From positions 4,650,001 to 4,714,000 of the forward strand of contig OZ024755.1 of assembly GCA_964016885.1 (NCBI GenBank): 64,000 nt of DNA, given 5' to 3'. A program made the position numbers and the translations under genes. The stretch is from Eledone cirrhosa (taxonomy: Eukaryota). Every line of letters begins with the position of its first letter. The stretch's first letter is position 1. The notes under the pieces were generated by a model that saw only the letters and a list, made by a program, of their open reading frames with translations, had not been told where the DNA came from and did not search any database. Positions 41,209 through 53,600 of this stretch are shown here, one piece after another.

Positions 41209-41603
41209 ACCGATAGAGAAATATTAAATTAAATTAATATTATAAACGAAAATCAAAGAAGTTATACCAATGAGAAGAAAAAAGAAGGTAATTAATTTGA
41301 TAATAAAATTTATTGACAATATTATATTATTACATATTATTTTTAAAAGAAACCATTTTTATCATCATATAAGAAATATATATGATTAAATAGAAATAGA
41401 TATTATTAATTATTGCTAGGAACCTTATAAATATACGATCAAAACCGGGGATTAAATATTGATAAAATATCTTGTACCATATAATAAATAGCTCCTGGGC
41501 CATTAAATGAAAAAAGAAAATTATATGAAGTAAATAATAATTCCTTACCATCTTCGAAGTGATCGCGATATTGTTCAGAACCAAACCAACACGAGAAAGA
41601 CAT
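38923..41603 (-). CDS. MSRB1: Methionine-R-sulfoxide reductase B1 (selenoprotein R/X), 106 aa, Sec93 encoded by TGA
   Basis: Exons 41603-41549 ([19 protein letters not shown]), 40012-39870 ([47 protein letters not shown]), 39045-38923 ([40 protein letters not shown]). Two Zn-binding CxxC motifs plus SPWPAF and GHEFLNDGP. Similarity to vertebrate MSRB1 (RFUIFSSSLKFVP) continues past the TGA at 38965-38967. Confidence 0.96.
38965..38967 (-). other. MSRB1: In-frame TGA recoded as selenocysteine (catalytic residue of MSRB1)
   Basis: Minus strand reads CGA TAC TGA ATA TTT AGT AGT GCC CTA AAA TTT GTT CCT; aligns with the catalytic Sec of human MSRB1. Confidence 0.93.
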
Positions 41604-43404
41604 TCTACAAATAAAATAATTTACTTGAGTAAAGGCACAGAAGGATTCCAAATAACTGTAGTTATTTTATGAGAAAATAAAATAAAATAACGAATAAATA
41701 CTATATATATATTGATCTTAACCAAATGGAATAAAAAGGGTACGGGGTAATTGTTGCCGAAATATTTAAAGCGTTTGTCATTTTTTGATAATTCTTAATT
41801 GTTATCTCAGGTAAACTTATATAACGACTGCATAACAAGCAAACATTTCTTCTCGGTCTTACATAAATATATCTACCTGGAATATTACTGAAGATTATTT
41901 TTGTTTTTTCAGATACACATGTAAATATAAATATATATAAACCGCAGAATTCCAATGTATGTGACTGTAAAATCAAAGAAAAAATTAAGAATACGAACTC
42001 GTATAACGACACGGTTTCCCCAAAGCGGATTTCGTTGGCGAATAGAATAAGAAAAAATTGTTTTTTTTTCAAGAGAGGAAATTTGAATTAAGAATTGTTC
42101 GAGTGCGTCATTTAATAGCGAACAACTCCTTAACCTGTTTACAGCTTATTGTTGTTACCGGTTGTGGAACTGATAAATAATAACCAAGTCAGTGGTACTC
42201 TAACGGACCAAGGTGAATGATATTTACTGCAACGATAGTGCCAAACAACATTAATTACGTCCCAGAACAATAAAATAAAATGACAAAAATGCGATTTAAA
42301 ACCGAAAAAGCTGAAAGAATTATTAGATAAGAGCCTTTTCTATATATATTTTTTTTCGGTTTCTATAAAGCTAGTGGCGACCGACATAATTTTGATTAAG
42401 GTTACAGAGACAATCAGTATAATGAAAATATGATTTTATATATTGATAAACTGTTACCAAAACAAAAGATACCTTTAAAATAATTGTTAATAATTTAAGC
42501 TTAATTATGAAATCGTGTCAAAGAAATTTCTTGAAAAAGTCAACGAAAAGCAGAGAGGAAGAGAAAAGATATGAGTTGCTTCCCTTGATAATGTGATAAA
42601 AATAAATCTAAAAGCTATTATTTTCTTTACCGAATAGGGACTTGACAGCTTCCTAGGAATACGACAGCTCCCAGGGACATGACAACTCCTCCAGCTACAT
42701 GATAACTCCCAGGGACATGGCACCCCCAGTGACCTGACAACCCCCCTCCCCCAGTGACCTGACAACTCCCCCCCCCCCCAGTGACCTGACAACTCCCCCT
42801 CCCCCAGTGACCTGACAACTCCCAGGGATACGACAGCGAATATGTCCTTCAAAGCTGTCACCAAAATGACTCGTTTTCTGTCATTCCCCCACCCTAGAAC
42901 TCCATAACGTCCGTTTCAGAGACAGCTGTCATAATAAATATTTACCAAAATTAACAAATACAACCAGCCTAGCATTAAATAGAATAAAGAGGGTGTAGAG
43001 ATGTGTGTGGTTGGCCTTAGGGAGTAAAGGCGGCGGTTTGAAAGAGTCGGGTTGTATGTAAGGACTTTCCTTGTAGTGGCGTCAAGGTAACAGATTTCTT
43101 CCGAATGTTTACCTTTACGTATAGGGGGGGGGGGGGGCTATAAGTGTGTGTGGAAGAGTATCTATTCATGTGTGTGTAAATACGAAACTGAGTCTAAATG
43201 TTTCCAACTCTACTCTGGTATCTTAGCAACACATTCAATTATGATAAACAAATCCTGTTACGTTCTTTAAAAGTCTGCAACTGAAATTATCTAAACTGAC
43301 TTTTACGGAATAACAGACTTACATGCACATACATACACAAACACACTCACACGCATATCGACTCAGTCACACCAGACCAACCATAAGACAACTCCTAATA
43401 TAAA
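41604..43404. promoter_or_regulatory. Putative bidirectional promoter region MSRB1 / CFAP54
   Basis: Divergent ATGs 1.8 kb apart. The region lacks SINEs and is relatively CpG-richer than its flanks. Confidence 0.6.
43218..43230 (+). promoter_or_regulatory. RFX X-box-like motif upstream of CFAP54
   Basis: GTATCTTAGCAAC about 175 bp before the ATG of a motile-cilia gene; fits the GTNNCY-N-RGCAAC X-box pattern. Confidence 0.5.
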
Positions 43405-46400
43405 ATGGCAACAAACATCAGACTAAAAGCTGCTAAATTACTTAATAAACAACATCCAAGTAGTTATTATGATGCAGCCGGGTGTAAAATTAACCCCGTG
43501 TTTGCATCATTTAAAGCAGAAAGGGACGATTTTTTATCAAATTTAAGGAAAAAGTTGACTGATGTAACTTCCATACATGGTCGAAAGTAAGTATTTCTTT
43601 CTTTCAAGAAATGTTTCAACTCTCCCCGTGACACGTTTTCTCTTATGAAAATGGTTATAGCTTTCATTATGTAAAATAAAGTACCAGTAATGCACTGGAT
43701 AATTGCTGGCCTTGTGCCTAAAGTAGAAACAATTATGTAAAATTTCCCCATATCTCTACGTTTTGGAGCACTTTTTTTCATGGTACTCTCCGTTGGGGTT
43801 TTTAGAGGTTGGCAAGTCGTTTATCATGACTGAAATACACTCTATTTTAATTAATTAGTGGATAATTTTGAAGGATTTACTAATTGTTTCATTATTAAGA
43901 TGGTGCCTTAAAATTTGGTTCTTAAACAAAATTACATTGGAAGATTTTAAATTAAATAGGAACTCTTTAAAATGGGTTTTTTTTTTTTTCATAGAACCAG
44001 AGCTGGTTCTGGTCAGGTTGGCTTCAAAAGGGTTAATTGCTTTGTTAGAGGTGGAAGGGCAACACCAAAGACCCACATCAGGATCTCTGAGACTGGGGGA
44101 ACGAAAGAATGTAGTTATTCTTAGACAGACCTGAGGCCTAGCCCTAATATTTATTGCCTTAAAACAACAATAGGCTATCACTAACAATTGAGTATGACTT
44201 GGTAGTATGCACCATGCTTTTGCTAAGGGTTTTAGGTGTCTGTGCATCCGCGAGCAAACACAGACACAATCTTGAACCATCAGAATATCCAAAATGGTTC
44301 TTCATTGGAAAGAAAGAAGACTAGTACTTTCTTTATCGACCCCCCCCCCCCCCCCCCAACAAAAATAATGGAAGGCAATGTAAACCTCAGCAGAATTAGA
44401 ACCCAGAACCCAGAACAAGAAACTCAGAACACAGAGACCTGGAACAAATATCCAATGCTCTAACTACTTTGCTAAATTGACTGCTTTACAAGTTATATAA
44501 TAGTATAAATAAAAACTGAAATTTCTTTTATAGGTCAATGATATTATTTGAAATGTTAAAAAAGTACCGGCATTTACTTCCACAAGAATACTTTTTTAAA
44601 CAGATTTTAAAAATTGGAAGTTTACTCAGAGAAGAGGAGGTAAGTTAATTTTGTAGAGGAATACAGTTTTTAAAAATAAAATCAGTTTCACTCTAACATA
44701 GCAGATACATAAATGCATTTGTGAGTTTTATATGTTCTTAGACATAAAATCGCTCAGTATGCAAATTAGGCTTATCAGCCGATGTATACATATTATATAT
44801 TCTCAAGACTTCTAGTGAGTGACAGAAGAGAGATACACAATCTTGATAAAGGGCAATAACCCAGAAACTATTGTTGATTGTTTCTAGTGTATATTTTAAA
44901 CCTGGCAGAGACTGTCTCTTCTCCAGGTCTGAATACAGCAGATTTCTTCCAGAGAATGATAGAAAGAGTGAGAGAATGGACGTGAGAAGGAGATATAGAG
45001 GAAGAAACAAGCCCCTCCCCAGTACTTGACTGGTACTTTTTTATTGATTTTGAATGGATGATAGGCAAAGTTGACCTCATACTTTTAAACCAAATTCTTG
45101 TATAAAACACTTGAAATCCTTCTTACAACTTATTTTCAGGAATATATTTTGGAATTGTCTTGTTACAATTTTTATTTCCTGGAGTTGAATATGAATGACA
45201 GTACCATCCAAGATTTAAGTAGCTATTCCTCAAGTTACTTTCCTCAAGGAATGAACTCTGATGCAGCTCTTCTGACAGTAAGTATTCAGTAAACTGCTTC
45301 TTATTTTAACAAGGAAGGAATTTCTTGAAGAATTCTTGAGCATGTGGTTAGAATGTCTTGGGAAAGAATTGCTGGACAGATTTTACAGGAAAAAATCAAC
45401 TGGCAGGAGACCCAGGGGTAGACCCCAAGCAAGATGGTTGGATAACATCCATGAGCTTGACTGATGATTTTCGTTGTCTACCTCTACTGCATCTTCCTTC
45501 TACAGGGAGTTCTTGGAACTTCTTTACCCAGCAGTCATCCTCCATGCTCATCACATGTCCATACCAACGCAGTCTTCTCTCCTGCACATCACAACTTATC
45601 CCTCTTATATATATTTATACATGTAATCATCATCATCACCATTTTACTTCCATTCTTCCACGCGAGCATGGGTTAGACGGGTTGTCCTGTTGTGGGCAGT
45701 GCCTGGTTAGCTGACCATGCCTTGCTCATACAGGAACTGATTCTGGCTTGATTTCTACAGCTGGATGCCCTTCCTAACACCAACCTCAGTGAGTGCTGGG
45801 TGCTTTTTTTCTGTTGCGCCTACATGTCCACTTTACAGTGTGGGCTGGGTGCTTTTTTGCCATGGCACCTTCTATGTGTATTAAATGAATTTTTTTTTTC
45901 AATTAACTTTTTAGGTTCAGATTTTGGTTGCAAATTATTTTTGTTTGTACCAAATTGAAAAATTGAAGAACTGTCTGACATGCAATGAAGCAGCTGCTGA
46001 ATGTGAAAAGATTTTATTGTCCTACCAAATGTTGACACAAATTCTCTTATATGAGGATTCATATTATTGGCTGCTTTATAACTGTAAGTTATTTAAGGTA
46101 TTTCTATTTTAAGGGGCTGATAAAAAAAAAACACACAGTCCACACTGTAATGTGGCCATGTAGGTAACATGGTAAAAAGTTTCCAGTCCACACTGTAAAT
46201 GTGGTTGGTGTTAGGAAGGGCATCCAGCTGTAGAAAACCTGCCAGACAGTCCTATATGAGCGAGACACGGTCACCTGACCAATCTTGCCTCAAGTGGGAC
46301 AATTACTATCTAACCCATGCTAACGTGGAAGATAGATGTTAAACGATGATGATGATGTAAAGGGGTTGGTGATAGGAAGGCATCTGGCCTTAGAAAACTT

Positions 46401-47557
46401 GCCAAACAAAGGGTTGAGAGAACCCTTCAGTTTGTAGAATATAATAAAATAGAATTGCGTTATATATCTTCTGAGAATTGTCTTATCAAGTGCCTGTGTT
46501 GATGTTTTCTCTCTCTCACTGCCTTTATCTCCCTTGCTCTTCCCCATCTCTCTATATTATAAGCTATATCTTCTGAGAATTGTCTTATCAAGTGCCTGTG
46601 TTGATGTTCTCTCTCTCTCACTGTCTTTATCTCCCTTGCTCTTCCCCATCTCTCTATATTATAAGCTATATCTTCTGAGAATTGTCTTATCAAGTGCCTG
46701 TGTTGATGTTCTCTCTCTCTCACTGTCTTTATCTCCCTTGCTCTTCCCCATCTCTCTATATTATAAGCTATATCTTCTGAGAATTGTCTTATCAAGTGCC
46801 TGTGTTGATGTTCTCTCTCTCTCACTGTCTTTATCTCCCTTGCTCTTCCCCATCTCTCTATATTATAAGCTATATCTTCTGAGAATTGTCTTATCAAGTG
46901 CCTGTGTTGATGTTCTCTCTCTCTCACTGTCTTTATCTCCCTTGCTCTTCCCCATCTCTCTATATTATAAGCTATATCTTCTGAGAATTGTCTTATCAAG
47001 TGCCTGTGTTGATGTTCTCTCTCTCTCACTGCCTTTATCTCCCTTGCTCTTCCCCATCTCTCTATATTATAAGCAAATGTGAGTCTATGCACTGGCCATC
47101 CCACAACCCTGGCGGACAGAAAAAAGAATGCGTTTCCCCCAGAGGAGGGTGAGGGAGACGAGTTAGAAGACCCATTCCAGTTCGCGAGGCTCACACCTGT
47201 TCCCCCCCCCCCACTTTTTTTTTTCTGTTTTGTTGACTTCCTGTCTATCCCCCTCCCCTTTTTAGTTGACATGACATTATATTGGAATATTAACTAGTAA
47301 AAGTAATGTGAGGAAGGTCATTCAGTCAGTTTAACTAATAAGCTTCTGACAGTTCAAATTTGCAGTCCTTGTGCCTAAATTAAAAATCACTGATTGTTTC
47401 CTATTCCTTCTATGTTTCAGGCACTGTCCATATTTACACCATTTGTCTAGAAATGATGATGGCTGGACATTCTGCAAAGGTGACTTAAATCCTAACATAA
47501 CTTTGATTTTTAATGTATGCACTTATACTAAAAGAAAGAAAATATATATATATATAC

Positions 47558-47626
<69 letters not shown>

Positions 47627-50600
47627 ATACTTTGTTTACAATGTTCATTATATTGATATGGACGGTGGATTGGCAGAATTGGTAGAGCGTTGGATAACAT
47701 GCTTTGCAGCATATAGTTACAGACCTTTAAGTTCTGCCAAGGTTTCCCTTTCATCCTTACGGGGTTGATAAAATAAAGTACCAGTAATTGCACATCCATG
47801 AACTTGGCTGGTCTAGCTTGGAGATCCAGCTGGATCAGTTGGAGATGGTTGCTTTTGACAGGACCTGCTGGAAGGAATGTTTGAGGACTCTGCCCTCACA
47901 ATCCTTTCAGGAATAAGTGGGCTGAGAAGAAGAAGTATTTCAACCAAAACACTCACTTGAGTGGGGTTTCTTCTCCGAAGACCTTTTGATGTCCAGCTCC
48001 TTTGAGTTGATAATTTCAAAAGAGAGAAAACTGCAATAAAATACATTTCATTGGAGCATTGTTGCTATTTTCTTTTAAAAGACATTTCTAAACCTTTCGA
48101 CTCTTATTCATTTTTTTTACCGTTATTCTGTTTTCTCTTTTGTTATATTATTTTTGGCAGATCTTAGAACACTTGCTCTGGGCGTGTATGTGTATTGAGA
48201 ACTCTTCACCTCTGTCTGATATTCAGTACATGTGTTGGAGATGTTCACTGTACACAACAATATGTCAGTGTTACTGGGAATATAAATCAGGAGAACATGC
48301 TGAGGCTTTTGCCAGGAGAGCACTGTGTAAAATGAACGACATCTGGAGTCCGCTAATAAAGCACGAAAATGGTAAAAATAACCAACTGGTATTAATTGTA
48401 CGAGAATGTACTTTGAAGGTATTTTATATATATTTTTGTTGATTTTACTAGTTTATTTCAATTTCTTCTTCTTCTTTTTCTTCTTCTCCTTCCTCTTCCT
48501 CCTAACATGGGTTAGATGAGTTGTCCCATTGTGAGACAAGCCAGGTCAGATGACAATGTCTTGCTCATACAGAACTGTTTCTCGATTTGTTTCTACAGCT
48601 GGATGCCCTTCCTGGCACCGACTACATTTACAGTGTGGACTAGGTTGCTTTTTGTCATGTCATCAACATGACCACTTTACAGGGTTGGCCTTGTGTTTTT
48701 TGTCGTGTCAATTTTCATTCAATTTTCATTAAATATTTTCTCATATAAGAAATTAAATAATTAAATTGTTTTCTGTCTCAAATAATGAAATTATTTTCTT
48801 CTTGAATAGATGGGGTTCATGATCTTTAAACGAGTTGTCTTTGAAACCCGCCGAAAAATGAAAGGAGTTCTACGTGTGAAGAACAGGTTTACTGAAAAGG
48901 ATTTTGCAAATGTTAGTTAATTCTTAAAATTTCATATAAATTCTCTGTTAATTGTTTTGTTACCAATCTGGTCAAAACTGGCTCTAGTTCTATGAAATAA
49001 AGTCACCCATTTTAAAGGTTTCCAATGTATATTAAAATCTTCTAACATAATTTTATATAAGAACCTTACATTAAGTTTCTATCTTAGTAATGAAATAACT
49101 AATAATTTTAGTAAATCCTTCAAAATTCTTCATTAATTAATTGAAATACATGGTTCCAATTTAAATTAAAATCTTCCAACATAAAATAATCATTCTTAGT
49201 TATAAAAAAAATCTAAAATAAGCAATAATGTTTTCTACATTTCATCTGCCTGTCACCCACCTCATGGATTGTCTCTGTCATTCACTGGCTGCTGTTCTCT
49301 GTCCTCTGAGGCATTTTTGCCCATCTCTGTCTTTGACAGCATTTAGCTGTTTTAATGGCTATTCTAGCAATGAGTTTACTCATTTTTATATGAATTTAAA
49401 TACACCCGCGCTTCATCTTGATCAGAGACAACAATGTTTTTCAAATAAATTTTTTTCTATTTTTCCAGATGGTTTGGCCAAGAACTATCACAGAGAAATT
49501 ATTAGCTGAGATGTTTGATAGTGAATCAGCCCAATTCTTGGCCATTTTGGAAAGTCTGAATGACACACATCGACGCCTCTTAACACCAGGTGGTATTTTC
49601 CAAGGAGAAGTCGAGTTAATTGATGTCAGTTTGGAACTGTTAGTTGCTGCCAAAGAAATATTATCAGGTTTGTGAAGTTGTAGTTTTATAATTCTTTGGT
49701 TTAATACATGAATGTAGTGAGTGGTCGGAGGTGGCTAGCAGAGGTCTTGGACTGGTCCATTCCTTCTGATTAAAATGATAAGAATGTAGTGGAAGGGTCA
49801 TGGGGGGCAGAGTCCTCAAACACACCTTCCAGTGGGTCCTGGCTAAAGCAACCGTTTCCAACTGATCCAGCTGGTTCCCCAAGCAAGACCAGCCAAGCTC
49901 GTGGATGTTATCCAACCATCTTTCTCAGGGTCTAGCCTTGGGTCTCCAGCTGGTTCCCCAAGCAAGACCAGCCAAGCTCGTGGATGTTATCCAACCATCT
50001 TTCTCAGGGTCTAGCCTTGGGTCTCCAGCTGGTTCCCCAACCAGTACCAGTCAAGTTCATCCATGTTATCTACCTATCTTGCTCGGTGTAAATATTGCGA
50101 CATTGATTATGCAACATGTTTAATTAAAGCTGAAAAGTTGTATTACTTTTGTAGGAAATGCAGTAAGTAACCGCATGAGAAAAGACTCTCCTAACAATGT
50201 ATTGGCCAATGTTACTCAGATGGAAGATTATTCTCTTCTAGAATTAGCCATAAAAGGTATTCAGATTTTAGTCTATTTTCTTTGTTCACAATATTCATTT
50301 AAAACTACACCACACTACATCACACCACACCACACTGCAACACATCACACCAACTGCAACACACCACACCGCTACACACTACACTACACCACTACATTTC
50401 CTATGCCACACCCGATAAATACACCTCCATAATATTCTTCAAACTCTTTAGTTGAGTTTTTTGTGTTATATTCTTTGTAGGAGAAAGTAAAGTACCTCTA
50501 AAGGCCGTGTTCCGTCTTGCCCTGTTGGCATTCAGTTACGAGCAATGGGAAATCTTTTATTACTTATCAGATGCTTTGCAGGTATTGTTTTTTAAAATCA

Positions 50601-53600
50601 TTTTTTAGAAAGTTATGTCACATTATCTGTTTTTTTAAATATTTTTTAGAAAGTTATGTCTCATTATCTGTTTTTTTAAATATTTTTTTAGAAAGTTATG
50701 ACACATTATCTGTTTTTTTTAATATTTTTTTAGAAAGTTATGACACATTATCTGTTTTTTAAATCATTTTTTAGAAAGTTATGACACATTATCTGTTTTT
50801 TAAATCATTTTTTAGAAAGTTATGACACATTATTTGTTTTTTAAATCATTTTTTAGAAAGTTATGACACATCTGTTTTTTAAATCATTTTTTAGAAAGTT
50901 ATGACACATTATCTGTTTTTTAAATCATTTTTTAGAAAGTTATGACACATTATCTGTTTTTTTAAATCATTTTTTAGAAAGTTATGACACATTATCTGTT
51001 TTTTTAAATCATTTTTTAGAAAGTTATGACACATTATCTGTTTTTTTAAATATTTTTTTAGAAAGTTATGACACTATCTGTTTTTTTTAATATTTTTTTA
51101 GAAAGTTATGACACATTATCTGTTTTTTTAAATCATTTTTTAGAAAGTTATGACACATTATCTGTTTTTTAAATCATTTTTTAGAAAGTTATGACACATT
51201 ATCTGTTTTTTAAATCATTTTTTAGAAAGTTATGACACATTATCTGTTTTTTAAATCATTTTTTTAGAAAGTTATGACATCTGTTTTTTAAATCATTTTT
51301 TAGAAAGTTATGACACATCTGTTTTTTAAAATCATTTTTTAGAAAGTTATGTCACATTATCTGTTTTTTAAATGAATTTTTTCAGGAGATTTTACAGTTT
51401 GACTGTTTTAATGTTGTATTTTTAATAATCAGTGTTTACTTTATTTAAATGTTAACTGGTTTCTTAAACTCTTTTCTTGTTGTTGTTGTTCTCCTCCTTC
51501 TTCTTCTCCTCCCTCCTCTTTCATTCTTTTCTATATTTCATCTGCCTGTCACCCACCTTGTGGATTGTCACTCTCTGTTGACCACTGGCCACTGACCTCT
51601 GTCCTCTGAGGCCTTTTTGCCCATCGCTGTCTTTGACATCATTTAAGCTGTTTTATTTTGTTTTTAAAAAAAAAAAATTTCTTTTTGTTTGTTTCTGATA
51701 CAGAGAGTCAGAGATGAGCAATATGACTGGGATATGAGATGCCTCCAACTTCTTATTTCAATGAAAGAAATTGCACATGGTCGAAAATACAAAAAAGCCC
51801 AGATTTCTAACTCCTCCTCTATTCTAGACTCTGATGATGAAGTTGACTCAGATGACCTTTCTGAAAATATTCCGTCATTACAACCAGGTTATTTCCTAGC
51901 TTTATCTATCTTAACCAGAAACACAGTCTGCATGGGTTTGCATAGTAATATGAACATTTATTTACTAGCTTAACCATTTAGCATTCACATTACTCTATAT
52001 AAACTATTGTAACGGCGCATGGCTTAGTGGTTAGAGCATTGGCCTTGCAACCGAAAGGTTGTGAGTTCAATTCTCGGACCGGGTGATGTGTTGTTTCCTT
52101 GAGCAAGACACTTTATTTCACGTTGCTCCAGTTTACTCAGCTGTAGAAATGAGATGATAGGACTGGGGTCCCTATCATTAAATTACCCAAGACACCTCCT
52201 ACGAGATATACCTTGGAGGAGGCCAGCTAAACCTGCATAGGTGTGAGCTGTCACACACATATATACTATTGTATTTTTGTGGTAAAGGCTTTATCTTACA
52301 TAATTATATCACATAATATCGAATCTATAAGATTTTGATGTTATTTATTTTGAGGACAATACTTTAACATCAGTATGAGTGGTCAGTATTGGCTGGTTTG
52401 GACAGAAAGAGGTAAGAGAATTCTGGCCAGATACGGCCAGTTTAAATGCTAAAGGGTTAAGGATTTATGTTTTGCCAGCATGTCTATAAATCTTGTGATG
52501 GACTGGCATCCTGTCCTGGGTGGAGTCTTGTACTCTTAGTCATTTAATGCTATTGAAACCTTCTTTAGAGGTCCCTAAAATGTAGCACTGATGGAAAAGG
52601 ACATGGATAAGGGCAAGATAACTGGTATAAACACCAGCCTAATGAGCCTCCTGGCTACAGACAGGCAGACAGTTTAACATTCTTAAATTTTCACTGAAAG
52701 TTTAATCATCTTTTCATGTGTTGGCATAAATGTTATAAAATATATAATATAATCTTTATACATTATATATAATATAATCTTTATACATTATATATAATAT
52801 AATCTTTATACATTATATATAATATAATCTTTATACATTATATATAATATAATCTTTATACATTATATATAATATAATCTTTATACATTATATATAATAT
52901 AATCTCTATATATTATATATAATATAAGGCGGTGGATTGGGAGTATTGGTAGAGGGTCGGACGCCATGCTTTCCAGCATAGTTACGTCCCTTTATGATCT
53001 GAGTTCAAATCCCGCCGAGGTTGACTTTGCCTTTCATCCTTACGGGGTCGATAAAATAAAGTACCAGTAATGCACTGGGTGATTGCTGGCCTTGTGCCTA
53101 AAGTAGAAACAATTATATATAATATAATCTTTATATATTATATATAATATAATCTTTATACATTATACATAATATAATCTTTATATATTATATATAATAT
53201 AATCTCTATACATTATATATAATATAATCTCTATATATTATATTGGCAGTATCAGTAGAGCGTCGGACACCCTGCTTTGTAGCATAGAATTACGTCCCTT
53301 TACAGTCTGAGTTCAAATCCCGCCGAGGTTAACTTTGACTTTCATCCTTACAGGGTCGATAAAATAAAGTACCAGTAATGTACTGGGATAATTGCTGGCC
53401 TTGTGCCAAAAGTAGAAACAATTATATATATAATATATAATATAATCCCTCTATATAATATATAATATAATCCCTCTATATAATATATAATATAATCTCT
53501 ATAAAATATATAATATAATCTCTATATAATATATAATATAATCTCTATAAAATGTATAATCTGTGTATATTTGCAGGATATGTTAATGTTGCATTTGTAG

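Noticed and set aside
46460-47272. 270-aa and 182-aa repeat ORFs
   Set aside because: Translation of a 102-bp tandem repeat inside a CFAP54 intron.
52014-52085. tRNA-like sequence
   Set aside because: It is the head of a SINE: it continues into a CORE-like body and is multi-copy with a TSD, so it is not a functional tRNA gene.
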